Shown: positions 28,950 through 41,415 of the stretch, piece by piece
How positions within the stretch are numbered: the stretch's first letter is position 1
How the letters are laid out: each line of letters begins with the position of its first letter
Source: an uncultured Verrucomicrobiae bacterium
Lineage (GTDB): Bacteria > Verrucomicrobiota > Verrucomicrobiia > Limisphaerales > Palsa-1400
Length of the DNA: 64,000 nucleotides
Assembly: GCA_963702845.1 (NCBI GenBank)
Contig: OY969763.1
Span: 2,176,001 to 2,240,000, forward strand
Reading direction: 5' to 3'
Translations under genes and position numbers: made by a program
The notes under the pieces: generated by a model
The model's input: the letters and a program-made list of their open reading frames with translations, nothing else
What the model was told of the DNA's origin: nothing
The model's database searches: none

Positions 28950-31025
28950 ATGGCCAACCAACATTCAAAAGTCACACCCCGTCTTATCTGTGCGCTCGGA
29001 ATTCTTGTGCTGCTTTTTTTGGCGGAACTGGCCAGTAGTTTGTTAGCCTGGCGTCATGGTAATCGGGATGGTTTTGGGTTGGTATCAATGCAGTCGTTTG
29101 CTTTTCTTGGTCTTGTTTGGGCGACAGTAGTCATTTTCGCCGAACGATCTTCCCGATTGTTAAGCTGGTTGGCTAGCACTGGCAGAACGAAGCAATTTCA
29201 CATTTTCCGGGCGATCCTGGCTATTGCAGCATCCATCATTTGGATCCTTATCGTCGTCAGTTTCGGGACTCGTTATGCCTTGGATTGCTACGCCAATCCG
29301 TCGCTGCTTGAATTTGCGTTCGCAAATTGGTCAAACGGCTTTTGGGCACACACAGCGGTGATTTATCGCTGGATTCTATATGTCCTTCCATTCTTCCTCG
29401 CTGGAACGGTCGCTTTAATAGTGCGCAGCATTTGGCAACACGGAACGAGTCTTAATTTTTTTGGAGATGATAGATTTAAACGGCCGGTTTTGTATCTGTT
29501 CCTGGCACTTGCTGCGTGCTTCACCGTTTCTATGGTGCTTCTTAATCGTGAGGAGGATAAGGGATTACGAAACAGAACGATTTCTCATCTGTGCTATAGG
29601 ACTGAACCGGTTTTTGCGTTTGCAACGGGCTGCGTGGATCTTTGGAACCAGGCGAGATATGAGGACGCCATCGTGGACGAAGCGAATTTTCTTCCTCGTT
29701 CCACGGCTTTCATTCCGCCCACGGCAATCAAACGGAAACCGAATATTATTTTTTTCCAGATCGAATCCTGCCGTCCAGATGTTGTTGATCTGGTTCATCA
29801 AGGAATCGAAGTTACGCCAAACATCAATAAGGTTGCCCGCCTCGGCACGCGCTTTACAAAGGCGTACGCACCCGCGACGCACACGAGCCTGTCCAACGTT
29901 AGCATCCCTTCTTCGACATACCCACTACGTCGGGACCTGCTTGCGTCGTATCGCGCCGATGATCCCCAGCCAAAAAAGTTGATTTGGGATATTCTTAAAC
30001 CGTTCGGCTATGAGACGGCCTGGATTTCTTCAGACTTTGAAGGATGGGCGGGAATGCGTGATTTTCTGCTCACGCCGGCGCTGGACGTTTTTGAGGATTC
30101 AACCACGACCAAGTTGCAGGCTCACCCGGAATTGTTAAAAGGAACATCCATTCATGTTGAATTAGCTCCCGATCGTGAGACTGCAAATGAGGCGCTGCGT
30201 TATATCGGCACTAAGTTGGACCAAAAGAGCCCGTTCTATCTTACGCTCAGTTTGAGTGACTCTCATTTTCCATACGTTTCATCGATGAAAACGAATTGGT
30301 TTCAACCGTGCGGGGTTCCAGCAAGCTGCGCGATTTTCGATTATCCGATAGAATTGCGAGATCAGATTCGCAATTCGTATCTGAACTCCATCCGTGGGAT
30401 TGATGTTCTGTTCGGCGAACTCGTTGCGCTCCTGAAGGAAAAGGGAGCGTTTGATAACACGATTATCGTGATTTATGGCGACCATGGAGAATCGTTTTAC
30501 GAAAATGGCATTCTTTCCCACGCGAATTTGCCCTACGATCCGACCGCACGCACAACTCTGGTAATGTATGGCGAAGGAATTTTTTCTCCCGGCATTGAAG
30601 AGTATCCTACTTCGCTGGTCGATGTGGTGCCCACGGTGCTGGCTCGATTGGGAATACCTCACCACCCGAATTTTCAGGGCATCGACGTCCTTTCACCGCA
30701 ACGGCCAGCGGTTGATACCCGGTGTCTTTACGTTCACGTCGATGGTCGCGTAAACGCGGACGGAGTGGTTGCTGCCGGGCGCTGGAAATATTTTGCCGAT
30801 AACGGCGCCGGCGGGACCTACCTATACGATCTCGCCAGCGATTCTGGTGAAGAGCATAATATTGTAGGTTCTTCTCCAGATGTTGCGGCGATACTCGCAA
30901 AGCAGCTTGAAACATTTCGCGTGAGTCAACTTGCGTATTACCGGTCTGCCAAACTCTACACGCGTTTTTTTCCTCCTGCTCCGCCTCAACTCATGTCCTC
31001 CTCACAACAGACCAGCAGCCGGTAG
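28950..31025 (+). CDS. Membrane-anchored sulfatase-like (LTA synthase family) protein
   Basis: N-terminal TM helices; PNIIFFQIESCR, DSHFPY, YGDHGESF. Confidence 0.8.
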   Translation: MANQHSKVTPRLICALGILVLLFLAELASSLLAWRHGNRDGFGLVSMQSFAFLGLVWATVVIFAERSSRLLSWLASTGRTKQFHIFRAILAIAASIIWILIVVSFGTRYALDCYANPSLLEFAFANWSNGFWAHTAVIYRWILYVLPFFLAGTVALIVRSIWQHGTSLNFFGDDRFKRPVLYLFLALAACFTVSMVLLNREEDKGLRNRTISHLCYRTEPVFAFATGCVDLWNQARYEDAIVDEANFLPRSTAFIPPTAIKRKPNIIFFQIESCRPDVVDLVHQGIEVTPNINKVARLGTRFTKAYAPATHTSLSNVSIPSSTYPLRRDLLASYRADDPQPKKLIWDILKPFGYETAWISSDFEGWAGMRDFLLTPALDVFEDSTTTKLQAHPELLKGTSIHVELAPDRETANEALRYIGTKLDQKSPFYLTLSLSDSHFPYVSSMKTNWFQPCGVPASCAIFDYPIELRDQIRNSYLNSIRGIDVLFGELVALLKEKGAFDNTIIVIYGDHGESFYENGILSHANLPYDPTARTTLVMYGEGIFSPGIEEYPTSLVDVVPTVLARLGIPHHPNFQGIDVLSPQRPAVDTRCLYVHVDGRVNADGVVAAGRWKYFADNGAGGTYLYDLASDSGEEHNIVGSSPDVAAILAKQLETFRVSQLAYYRSAKLYTRFFPPAPPQLMSSSQQTSSR

Positions 31026-31118
31026 CCGCTACTCTGTAGTGATAAACGACGGCGGAAATGCAGAGGTAAGGTCCTTTGCCGCTTTGACTTCGGCACGCTA
31101 GCTGCTAATTGCAAAGGC

Positions 31119-32504
31119 ATGGGTTTTCCCGTTGGTTTAAAGTCAATCGCCCGCCATAGCAAGTCTGTCAAATGCTTGCTGCTACTGACGTTGACACTTG
31201 CAACATCACTCAATATGTGGGCTCAAACACCGCCGCCGAATGACGATTATGCCAATCGGATTCAGCTCGTTGGGACCGATGTGACGTTCTCCGGTACAAC
31301 AGCCGGGGCAACCCAAGAAAATGGCGAAGACGTCCTAATGGCAAATGGTCTACTTCAGAACATTGGCTTACCCACAGTTTGGTGGTCATGGACAGCGCCT
31401 GTGTCCGGGCACGTGACCGTTGATTTATCCAGCTATTCGGATCCCCGCTTCAGGGACATGTTTAGTTTTGTAGCTTTGTGGAATATTATCAGTTGGTCCG
31501 ATCCGGACTTTCCCTATGCGCAGGGAACTACGGATTTTGGCAGAATACTTGGCCTGCCAGGTCATGCTCAATTCAGTTTTTATGCGGAAGCAGGGACAAA
31601 TTACGACATTCAGGTTTGCGCGCCTCCCTACGGCTCATTCACGTTTCACCTTGTAGAAACGAACACGCCGACAATTTTAGTGCAACCGCGCGACAGGGCC
31701 GTCGTGGTCGGCGACAGCACGTATTTTGGTGTGATACCAAGCTCGTTCGAGACATCGAAGTATCAATGGCGCTTCAACGGGGCTGACCTCGCGGGACAAA
31801 CACATGCGATTCTATCGGTTGATAATGTTGATTTGGCTATGGCGGGCAGTTACTCGGTCGTCGTCAGCAATGACTTTGGTTCGGTGGAAAGTTCCGCAGC
31901 AACGTTGATTGTTCGCACCAATTTTGTCGCGCCCACACTGATCGTAGCTGGAGTCAATGCTGACTCGACAGTTAACTTGGCGTTACGTGGAGAGCCCCTG
32001 ACGTATTATCGAATTCAATCGTCGAGCAATCTTACTGATTGGACGGACGAACGCAGTTTCCCGCTGGGACAGCATTATATTGGAGTCACATCGGTCATTT
32101 TAAACAGACAGTCGGCCACTTCGTTTACTGTTCCGTTTGGCGAGCAAAGCAAGTTTTTCCGGGCTTTAGTCTACCAACCAACGTTCGACGCCTCGAATAG
32201 CACATATGCGGAAAGCCAACTCTGCGTTAACGACTTGCGCAAAGCCCGATTTGCCAAGGAGTTTTGGTCCTCACTCCGCATTGAAGACGGTCCTGGCCGC
32301 TGGCCCGGTGAAATGCTGGGTGATAATCCATCGAACGATTTAGAGAACTACGTTGCTTTGTATGCAGTCATTAACGGGCCTCATTGCAGTCAGGATCTGG
32401 ATTGCGTTGAAGCCACCTACTTCTTGAGTTACGTGGGCGACTATCCGCAGTGCAAAGTTGACGGGCTACATCACGTGCTCGAAGAGCCGCCGGATGAGTA
32501 TTGA
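31119..32504 (+). CDS. Secreted Ig-domain protein
   Basis: PPPNDDYANR motif; PTILVQP...YQWRFNG...AGSYSVVVSN; YRIQSSSNLTDW. Confidence 0.75.
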   Translation: MGFPVGLKSIARHSKSVKCLLLLTLTLATSLNMWAQTPPPNDDYANRIQLVGTDVTFSGTTAGATQENGEDVLMANGLLQNIGLPTVWWSWTAPVSGHVTVDLSSYSDPRFRDMFSFVALWNIISWSDPDFPYAQGTTDFGRILGLPGHAQFSFYAEAGTNYDIQVCAPPYGSFTFHLVETNTPTILVQPRDRAVVVGDSTYFGVIPSSFETSKYQWRFNGADLAGQTHAILSVDNVDLAMAGSYSVVVSNDFGSVESSAATLIVRTNFVAPTLIVAGVNADSTVNLALRGEPLTYYRIQSSSNLTDWTDERSFPLGQHYIGVTSVILNRQSATSFTVPFGEQSKFFRALVYQPTFDASNSTYAESQLCVNDLRKARFAKEFWSSLRIEDGPGRWPGEMLGDNPSNDLENYVALYAVINGPHCSQDLDCVEATYFLSYVGDYPQCKVDGLHHVLEEPPDEY

Positions 32505-32534
32505 TCGGACATCGACCAAGGGTAGCTTCACTCA

Positions 32535-32562
32535 TTGACGCACCGTTACTTTACAGTATAAT
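32535..32562 (+). promoter_or_regulatory. Near-consensus sigma70 promoter without a downstream ORF
   Basis: TTGACG-N16-TATAAT. Confidence 0.5.
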
Positions 32563-32989
32563 CCCCTTAGTCGCTGGTCTTTACCAGCACTCCGTTTTCC
32601 TCCAGAAACGGGAGACGATCTTTGACAAAAAGTAGCAACAAATAACAAATGCTTCTACAAAATGGCTAACAGTTGCAAGAAGTAGTGGGTAGTAGCAACT
32701 AGTAGCAACATTCCCGCAATATTTTCGCAACCATCTTTACCGTTATAGTTGCAATCGAAAGCACATTGACATTTGTAGCAGCGGTAATCTATTAACTACC
32801 GCTACTGCACTGGCTTGCGAGGCAGAGCCTGGATGTGAAAGTGAGTAAGGTAGGTTGAAGTTTGAAATGTATATACATGATTTATTTCTAGGTGGACGTT
32901 GAACGTAAATGGCAACGACGAGAGTATCTGACTGACGTAATAGGAGGTTCACGAATGGCAACAGACTGGATGATGGGACTGTTGTCGAC

Positions 32990-33335
32990 GCAAAATAAAA
33001 GTGCACGGGAAGTTGCACAAACGCCTTTGAGATTAGAGGTGAGATTGAAAACGTGAGTGGAGGAAATGCGGTAGGATCGAGAGAAGTAAGGACGAGTCGC
33101 AGAAAGAACAAGCGCAGACGAATAGGTAACGATCGTAAATGATAAGAGAGAATGGGGCGGGAGAAGGCTTGTAGTTCGCGCTGCGGAATTAATGGCGTCG
33201 GACGAAATGAGCACGGTGCCATTGTCGCAGACTGCCAGAAAGATCGCGTTACCATAGGCGACACCAAGAATGTTGTTTATCACAGTAGAGGACTGACCCG
33301 ACCATGACAACGAATCGGTTGAGGTAAGGATCTGT
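32990..33335 (-). pseudogene. Decayed remnant of a WD40/YVTN/BNR-like repeat secreted protein (boundaries approximate)
   Basis: ILTSTDSLSWSGQSS...ILGVAYGNAIFLAVCDNGTVLISSD with eroded consensus; no start or signal peptide. Confidence 0.55.
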
Positions 33336-33350
33336 TCCTCTATCTGAGTC

Positions 33351-34757
33351 TTAAGTACGGTAATCTATTAATAGATACGGAATTTGGACGCGCCATTTTT
33401 CTACGCGGTCTTTGATTTTCTTTTCGGTCCCCTGCTCTGTTGGTTCGTAATATTTTTTCGCGGCACCTAAATAGTCTTGTGGGACGAAGTGGTCGGGATG
33501 GTCGTGGGAGTATTGGTAGCCTTCGCCATGGCCCAATTTTTTTGCGCCTTTGTAGTGAGTGTCTTTGAGGTGTTGCGGGACGGCCAGGGTGCGGCCGCTG
33601 CGGACGTCTTCGAGCGCGGCGTCGATGGCGAGGTAGGCGCTGTTGCTTTTGTTGGCGGTGGCGATGTAGATGGCGGCTTCGGCAATCGGGATGCGCGCTT
33701 CGGGCCAACCGACGAATTCAGCAGTTTGATGGGCGGCCATGGTGAGGACGAGGGCCATGGGATCGGCGAGGCCGACGTCTTCGGCGGCGCAGATGAGCAT
33801 GCGTCGGGTGATGAAGCGTGGGTCTTCACCGGCATGAATCATTTTGGCGAGCCAATAGAGGGAGGCGTCGGGATCGCTGCCCCGCATGGATTTGATGAAG
33901 GCGGAAATGGTGTCGTAATGGGCGTCTTCATCGCCGTCGTAAACGATGGCTTTTTTCTGGATGCATTGTTCGGCGACACTGAGCGTGATGTGGATCGTAC
34001 CGTCAGCAGCGGGCGCAGTGGTGAGCGCGGCAATTTCGAGGGAGTTGAGGGACTTGCGGGCGTCGCCATCGGCAACTCTCGCCAGATGACGGAGCGCGTC
34101 GTCGTCGGCTTTGATTTTCATGAAGCCGAGGCCGCGTTCTTCGTCGCGCAAGGCGCGGTTGAGAAGTTCTAGGAGGTCGTCTTCAGTGAGGGATTGAAGT
34201 TCAAAAATTTGCGAGCGCGAGACGAGCGGCGAGTTGACGAAGAAAAATGGATTGTGGGTGGTCGCGCCGATGAGCCGCACGACGCCGCTTTCAACGTCGG
34301 GTAAGAGAATGTCTTGCTGGGCTTTGTTAAAGCGATGGATTTCGTCGATGAACAGAATTGTCGTCAGGCCGGTGTTTTCCTGGCGATTGGAGGCGGCGGC
34401 GAGGACGCGGCGCATGTCGGCGACGTTGGATTCGACGCCGCTAAGGCGCTCGAATTTGCTGCGGGTTTGGTTGGCAATGATTTGCGCGAGGGACGTTTTG
34501 CCGGTGCCGGGTGGGCCGTAGAAAATGAGGGATTGGATGCGGTCGGCTTCGATGGCGCGGCGGAGCAACTGGCCGGGAGCGAGGATGTGTTTTTGGCCGG
34601 CGAATTCGTCGAGATTGCGCGGGCGCATGCGCGCGGCGAGCGGTTTTTGGGAAACGACGTGATCCTGCGGCGAGGGGTTGGTCGCAGGTTCTTCGCGTGG
34701 GGCGGAGAAAAGGTCGTTCACGTGTTTAACATAGGAGAAGAAAGCGCCAAACACCAA
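33351..34757 (-). CDS. rarA: Replication-associated recombination protein A
   Basis: PLAARMRP, GPPGTGKT, FIDEIHRFNKAQQD, HYDTISAFIKSMRGSDPD; start probably ~34720. Confidence 0.95.
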   Translation of the reverse strand: MVFGAFFSYVKHVNDLFSAPREEPATNPSPQDHVVSQKPLAARMRPRNLDEFAGQKHILAPGQLLRRAIEADRIQSLIFYGPPGTGKTSLAQIIANQTRSKFERLSGVESNVADMRRVLAAASNRQENTGLTTILFIDEIHRFNKAQQDILLPDVESGVVRLIGATTHNPFFFVNSPLVSRSQIFELQSLTEDDLLELLNRALRDEERGLGFMKIKADDDALRHLARVADGDARKSLNSLEIAALTTAPAADGTIHITLSVAEQCIQKKAIVYDGDEDAHYDTISAFIKSMRGSDPDASLYWLAKMIHAGEDPRFITRRMLICAAEDVGLADPMALVLTMAAHQTAEFVGWPEARIPIAEAAIYIATANKSNSAYLAIDAALEDVRSGRTLAVPQHLKDTHYKGAKKLGHGEGYQYSHDHPDHFVPQDYLGAAKKYYEPTEQGTEKKIKDRVEKWRVQIPYLLIDYRT

Positions 34758-34832
34758 GCTCCAAGCTCCAGAGAAACTTCAAACCTCAAGCACCAAAGAG
34801 CTAGCGATAGACATCTTTACGATGCCTGACAC

Positions 34833-34868
34833 AAAAAAAGCTCCAGACGCGGAAGCATCTGGAGCTTT
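34833..34868 (-). terminator. Intrinsic terminator of 6S RNA
   Basis: AAAGCTCCAGATGC-TTCC-GCGTCTGGAGC-TTTTTTT. Confidence 0.85.
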
Positions 34869-34874
34869 GAAAAA

Positions 34875-35057
34875 TTAACCCCACCGTAATGCCGTGTATA
34901 AACAGTTCCTTTGAACGCTCAGGAACAAAGGTGGAGCCGAGTCGATCGATTTCAACTTCCAGTCAAGGCCTGTCGGCCACGACCGAGGTTAGGGCTCCTG
35001 TATGTTTTATTTACGGTTCAAGGACTTTGTTTCTAAGCACGAACATGGCAGGGTTAA
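34875..35057 (-). ncRNA. ssrS: 6S RNA
   Basis: About 183 nt; 5' AACCCTGCCATGTTCGTG pairs with 3' ACACGGCA...GGGGTT; CTTGAAC/GTTCAAAG stem; A-rich central bubble; terminator follows. Confidence 0.8.
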
Positions 35058-35252
35058 ATCCTTAAAATCTTTTGCAAAGAACAATCTAAACTACGCTTCA
35101 ACTTTTGCAGATAACGGGTTTTCCACAAGGGAAAAACTTTTAAAAAGTTTCTAACGCGACAGAGTTTGGCATATTCCAAGCATCTTTGCGTCGGTGGATT
35201 TGCTGAAAAAAAGGCGCGACTGCACCACGGTTTCTGTTATACTCGGCCCCCT

Positions 35253-36539
35253 GTGAAAATTGCGATTATTGGTCTCGGCTATGTTGGTCTTCCGTTGTGC
35301 CTGCAATTTGCGCGCAATGGCGTGCAGGTGGTCGGGCTGGACATCGACGGCGCGAAGGTCAAAGCGATCAACGCGGGCAAGAGCTACATCCAACATATTG
35401 AGTCCGCTACGATCGCCGCGGAAGTGAAAGCGAAGCGCTTGTCGGCTTCGACGGATTTCAGCAATATTGCCAAAATCGATGCGGTGATTATTTGCGTGCC
35501 AACGCCACTGAACAAAAATCGCGAACCGGATATTTCTTACATCATCAAGACCGGGGAAGCGATGGCGCCGTATTTGCAAAAGGGCACGCTCGTGTCGCTG
35601 GAGTCGACGACTTATCCCGGCACGACTGACGAAGATTTGAGGGCGGTTTTGGAGAATGGTTCCGGGTTGAAGGCCGGGTCGGATTTTTATTTGGCGTTCT
35701 CGCCTGAGCGTGAAGACCCGGGTAATCCGGACAGCAAGGTTGCGCTAATTCCGAAGGTGGTTGGTGGTTTGACGCCGACGTGTTTGAAGAAGGCAGTCGA
35801 GCTTTATTCGAAGGCGATTAAGACGATCGTTCCTGTTTCATCCTGCCGCGCAGCCGAAGCGACCAAGTTGCTCGAGAATATTTTCCGCGGTGTGAATATC
35901 GCGTTGGTAAATGAATTGAAGGTGGTTTACGACGCCATGGGTATTGATGTTTGGGAAGTGATCAATGCGGCGAAGACCAAGCCATTTGGTTTTATGCCCT
36001 TCTATCCGGGGCCTGGTCTTGGTGGTCACTGTATTCCAATTGATCCGTTTTATTTGACGTGGAAGGCGCGCGAGTACGGACAAAATACGCGCTTCATTGA
36101 GCTCGCCGGCGAAATCAATACGGCGATGCCGCATTATGTCGTTGAACGCACTGGAGCGGCATTGAATGCGAAGCGCAAATCTATCAACGGCAGCCGGATT
36201 TTGTTGGTTGGTTTGGCGTATAAGCCGAACGTGGATGATATGCGTGAGTCGCCGACGTTTGTGTTGATGGATCTTTTCAAGCAGCGCGGCGCGAAGATTT
36301 CTTATTACGACCCGCACATTCCGTTCATCGGAATGACGCGCGAACATGCGCATTGGGCGGGGACGAAGTCGATTGCGTGGAATAAAAAGGCTGTCGCCGC
36401 CTATGATGTCGTCGTGATTGCGACGGCGCACAAGACGGTTGATTACAAGGAACTGGCGGGTTGGTCGAAGTGCATTGTGGATACGCGGAATGCGATGGCG
36501 AGCGTTAAGACGGCAGACGGACAAGTTTGGAAGGCGTAA
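35253..36539 (+). CDS. UDP-sugar (UDP-GlcNAc type) 6-dehydrogenase, WbpA-like
   Basis: [44 protein letters not shown]. Confidence 0.9.
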   Translation: MKIAIIGLGYVGLPLCLQFARNGVQVVGLDIDGAKVKAINAGKSYIQHIESATIAAEVKAKRLSASTDFSNIAKIDAVIICVPTPLNKNREPDISYIIKTGEAMAPYLQKGTLVSLESTTYPGTTDEDLRAVLENGSGLKAGSDFYLAFSPEREDPGNPDSKVALIPKVVGGLTPTCLKKAVELYSKAIKTIVPVSSCRAAEATKLLENIFRGVNIALVNELKVVYDAMGIDVWEVINAAKTKPFGFMPFYPGPGLGGHCIPIDPFYLTWKAREYGQNTRFIELAGEINTAMPHYVVERTGAALNAKRKSINGSRILLVGLAYKPNVDDMRESPTFVLMDLFKQRGAKISYYDPHIPFIGMTREHAHWAGTKSIAWNKKAVAAYDVVVIATAHKTVDYKELAGWSKCIVDTRNAMASVKTADGQVWKA

Positions 36540-37567
36540 TGTCTCAGTACGATCAACTCGAGGGAACGTTACGTGCGTCGCCTAAGAGTTGGCTCGTGAC
36601 AGGCGCAGCCGGTTTTATTGGTTCCAATCTGGTCGAGGCTTTGTTGAAGCTCGATCAGAAAGTGGTGGGGTTCGACAATTTTTCCACCGGTTATTTAAAA
36701 AACCTTCAAGAAGTTCAGCAGATCGTTGGTCCGAAGCGCTGGACGAATTTCAAACTAATCGAGAACGACACTCGCGATGGGGCTGCCTGCCAGAGCGCGT
36801 GTGCTGGCATTGATTATGTCTTGCACCAGGCGGCGCTGGGTTCGGTGCCGCGATCGATGGCGGATCCAATTGCGTCGCACGAATCGAATGTGACGGGTTT
36901 CCTCAACATGCTCGTCGCTGCGCGGGACCAAAAGGCGAAGCGATTGGTGTATGCGTCCAGCAGCGCCATCTATGGCGATCATCCCGGGTTGCCGAAAGTC
37001 GAAGATAAGACCGGTAATCTCCTTTCCCCTTACGCGGCGACGAAGTTGATCAACGAAGTTTATGCGGGAACGTTTGCGACGGCGTATGAATTCAAAAGCA
37101 TCGGGTTGCGATATTTCAATGTGTTCGGCCCGCGACAGGATCCTGATGGAGCTTACGCCGCGGTGATTCCCAAGTGGATTGCGGCGTTGATTAAACAAGA
37201 GCCAGTCACAATCAACGGCGATGGCGAGACGAGCCGGGATTTTTGTTTCGTTGATAACGTGGTGCAGGCGAACTTGCTCGCGGCGACAGCGACCAATCGG
37301 GAATCGGTTAATCAAGCCTACAATATTGCTATCAGTGAGCGCACGACGCTGAACGAGTTGTTTGACTTACTTCAGACAAGCTTGCGCAAGCTCGACGCCA
37401 AACTTCCGTTGCAGAAGCCGAAGTATCAGGATTTCAGGGCCGGTGATGTGCGACATTCTTTGGCGGATATCAGCAAAGCGCGCAAGTTGCTCGGCTACGA
37501 GCCGAAATACCAGATTGCGGATGGAATTAACATCGCGCTGGATTGGTATTTGAAGAACGTGGTGTAA
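36539..37567 (+). CDS. UDP-GlcNAc 4-epimerase, WbpP/TviC-like SDR
   Basis: [44 protein letters not shown]. Confidence 0.9.
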   Translation: MSQYDQLEGTLRASPKSWLVTGAAGFIGSNLVEALLKLDQKVVGFDNFSTGYLKNLQEVQQIVGPKRWTNFKLIENDTRDGAACQSACAGIDYVLHQAALGSVPRSMADPIASHESNVTGFLNMLVAARDQKAKRLVYASSSAIYGDHPGLPKVEDKTGNLLSPYAATKLINEVYAGTFATAYEFKSIGLRYFNVFGPRQDPDGAYAAVIPKWIAALIKQEPVTINGDGETSRDFCFVDNVVQANLLAATATNRESVNQAYNIAISERTTLNELFDLLQTSLRKLDAKLPLQKPKYQDFRAGDVRHSLADISKARKLLGYEPKYQIADGINIALDWYLKNVV

Positions 37568-37584
37568 AACTCTACTAAGGCTCT

Positions 37585-37830
37585 GTGGATATTCGCGTGC
37601 ATTTCTATTCGTGGTTTAAAGACCTGACACATTGCGATGATGTATTGGTCCAAGTTGATTCCGGCGCTTCCATTGCGGAATTGAAGACGGCTGTTTTTGA
37701 AAAATTCCCAAAACTTTCGGCGGTCCAAAACTCCATGCTTGTTGCGGTAGGCGTGGATTATCAGGCGGGCGATTATGTTTTGCGCGAGGGTGATGAGGTT
37801 TCCCTTTTCCCTCCGGTTCAAGGCGGTTGA
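37585..37830 (+). CDS. moaD: Molybdopterin synthase sulfur carrier
   Basis: GDEVSLFPPVQGG C-terminus. Confidence 0.88.
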   Translation: MDIRVHFYSWFKDLTHCDDVLVQVDSGASIAELKTAVFEKFPKLSAVQNSMLVAVGVDYQAGDYVLREGDEVSLFPPVQGG

Positions 37831-37833
37831 ATT

Positions 37834-38226
37834 ATGCATCGCGAAGTGACCATAACGGCTGAAGCAATCGATGAACCGACACTGCTGCAAAAGCGCGTTT
37901 TGCCTACGAATATGGGGGCGGTGATTTATTTTATCGGCGCGGTACGTAATTCAGAGTCAGGCGCGCCGATTAAGGCGATCGAATACGAAGCGTTCGATAA
38001 AATGGCGCGACATCAATTTGAGTTGTTGTTTGCCCAAATTGAAAAGCGCTGGCCCATTCAGTCGATTCGCCTGGTGCATCGTATCGGGCGCGTTGATGCG
38101 GGTGTGCCTTCGCTATGGGTGGAATTAATTGCGCCGCATCGCGGAGAAGCGTTCGCAGCATGTCAGTGGTTGATCGACGAGATGAAAAAAGTCGTGCCGA
38201 TCTGGAAAAAGCCGATCGCTAGTTAG
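37834..38226 (+). CDS. moaE: Molybdopterin synthase catalytic subunit
   Basis: FIGAVR, IEYEAF, VHRIG, HRGEAF, KKVVPIWK. Confidence 0.9.
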   Translation: MHREVTITAEAIDEPTLLQKRVLPTNMGAVIYFIGAVRNSESGAPIKAIEYEAFDKMARHQFELLFAQIEKRWPIQSIRLVHRIGRVDAGVPSLWVELIAPHRGEAFAACQWLIDEMKKVVPIWKKPIAS

Positions 38227-38749
38227 GAAGAGTCTGAAGCAGATCGTCAATATTCTTCGTCATGCGTTGGCATGCTTGGCCGGCGTCCATACTGCCGCTA
38301 TCGCGAATGTGCCAATAGTGAACCTTGCGCTCTTCGTAGTTTGGATACCGCTTTTCAAACCTGGCGCGGTGTTCAGTTTCATCCATGAGAACGATGTAGT
38401 CGCTTTGTTCGAGGTCTTTCTGCGTCAGAGTTTTTGGCGCTCCCTTGCACAGAGCCAGTGGCACACCTCTCCGCTTTAATTCCCGAAGCGCAATGGGTGA
38501 AATTCCATGTTGCCATGACACTAACGCCAAGCCCCGCGACATTGCTCTCCAGTGAACGTGGGAGGTGCTGGCCTTTTGGTTAAAAAGCACTTCGGCAAAA
38601 CGGCTGCGATAGAAATTTCCCGTGCAGATAAATAGGATTTGTTTAGGCGAACTTGACGAAGTCTGTCGCGTATCTGCGCCAACATTGCTGCATAAGACGA
38701 GCAAAAGAATTGTCGCGGCAACCGATAATTTTAGAAATGAACGGAGCAT
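38219..38749 (-). CDS. Low-molecular-weight protein tyrosine phosphatase/ArsC family, with signal peptide
   Basis: LFICTGNFYRS (Cx5R) motif. Confidence 0.8.
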   Translation of the reverse strand: MLRSFLKLSVAATILLLVLCSNVGADTRQTSSSSPKQILFICTGNFYRSRFAEVLFNQKASTSHVHWRAMSRGLALVSWQHGISPIALRELKRRGVPLALCKGAPKTLTQKDLEQSDYIVLMDETEHRARFEKRYPNYEERKVHYWHIRDSGSMDAGQACQRMTKNIDDLLQTLPN

Positions 38750-38760
38750 GTGGCGGATTA

Positions 38761-39492
38761 TTACCAAATTTTACGCCGAGATTGGTCGATGGTGTTAAAT
38801 TCCGAATGTGCGTCAACGAAGAGGACATAGCCAGCGGGCTCGGGACGATGCCAACCCTTCTTAATTGCCGGATCGGAGAACACAGCACAGCCAAACATCA
38901 CGGTTTGAGAAGCATTCGTCACAGATGATGCGAGTTTCCCATCGGGGCCGCCGAACCCACTACCGACTGCATCCGGAGGCCCGCCGCAATTAAACAAGTA
39001 TGAGTTGCCGACGGCGTCAAATGTGGTGCCGGTCGGTTCGCTGGTTCGGCCGATGTCATTCGGGCAAGTCACGGTTTTTGCCGTCAGGCCATAGTGGTTC
39101 AGGGGGCGATCGGTGCGATTGAAGATGTTTTGCTGATTTGGGTTCGCGTTGCCGTTGGTGCGGCCGGCCCAGACGAACCATTCCATACCGTTCGTGGCCA
39201 TTGATGGGAGGTCGTTGATGTCGCCCCAAAACAAACGGTCGCGAAAATCGGACAAATAAAGATGCATCGCGATACCGGCCTGGCGGAGATTGGAAATGCA
39301 TTTTGCGTCGAGAGCGCGTTGCTTGGCACGAGCAAGTGACGGCAGAAGCATTGCGGCGAGAATTGCGATGATGGCAATCACCGTCAGCAATTCGATCAAA
39401 GTAAACGCGGTCGAGTGCCGGTTGCATTCACGCGAGTCAAACATCATTGAACGTTCGACGCGTGCTCGACGGTGTCTCTTCAAAAAATCCAC
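38761..39492 (-). CDS. Prepilin-type N-terminal cleavage / H-X9-DG-like protein
   Basis: [32 protein letters not shown]...LFVDAH. Confidence 0.88.
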   Translation of the reverse strand: MDFLKRHRRARVERSMMFDSRECNRHSTAFTLIELLTVIAIIAILAAMLLPSLARAKQRALDAKCISNLRQAGIAMHLYLSDFRDRLFWGDINDLPSMATNGMEWFVWAGRTNGNANPNQQNIFNRTDRPLNHYGLTAKTVTCPNDIGRTSEPTGTTFDAVGNSYLFNCGGPPDAVGSGFGGPDGKLASSVTNASQTVMFGCAVFSDPAIKKGWHRPEPAGYVLFVDAHSEFNTIDQSRRKIW

Positions 39493-39525
39493 GCTGTGAA
39501 GTGCCGCGGTCTCGCAATTTCGGAT

Positions 39526-39894
39526 TTAGCGTGCTGGAGCAGCGCGCTGGTCGGTGCCCCCGCGTTGCCATGGCCATTTTCCTTCTAGCTCAACTTCCAG
39601 CGACATGCTCAGAAATGTTCGGATAAAAACGATCAGACCGAGGACAGCGACGTTCTGAATGGTCGGGGAGACAACGACGGTTTTGATAATGTCGCCTGCG
39701 ACGAGGAACTCCAACCCGAGGAGGATGGCTCGACCGATGTTTTGGCGGTAAACGCGATACGGCGTTGCGGGCAGTTGTTCCTTTCTGAAGAAGAATCGGG
39801 TCGTCGAGTAAACGGCGCCAACAATGACTACCAGCACGCCTACTGCATCGACCGCCGTGCCGACATATTCCATCAACGCCCGAAACCGCTCCAT
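39526..39894 (-). CDS. DUF1622 membrane protein
   Basis: GRAILLGLEFLVAGDIIKT, IRTFLSMSLEVE. Confidence 0.85.
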   Translation of the reverse strand: MERFRALMEYVGTAVDAVGVLVVIVGAVYSTTRFFFRKEQLPATPYRVYRQNIGRAILLGLEFLVAGDIIKTVVVSPTIQNVAVLGLIVFIRTFLSMSLEVELEGKWPWQRGGTDQRAAPAR

Positions 39895-39945
39895 GAAGCA
39901 AGCTGTGCTATTCGAGCGATCTTTGCAACCGAGTTGCTCTCACAG

Positions 39946-41411
<1,466 letters not shown>

Positions 41412-41415
<4 letters not shown>

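Noticed and set aside
32617..32630. rRNA operon leader (boxA-like)
   Set aside because: No rRNA sequence follows
34752..34797. 7-bp periodic CCAAGCT-like run
   Set aside because: Short low-complexity intergenic repeat with no further support
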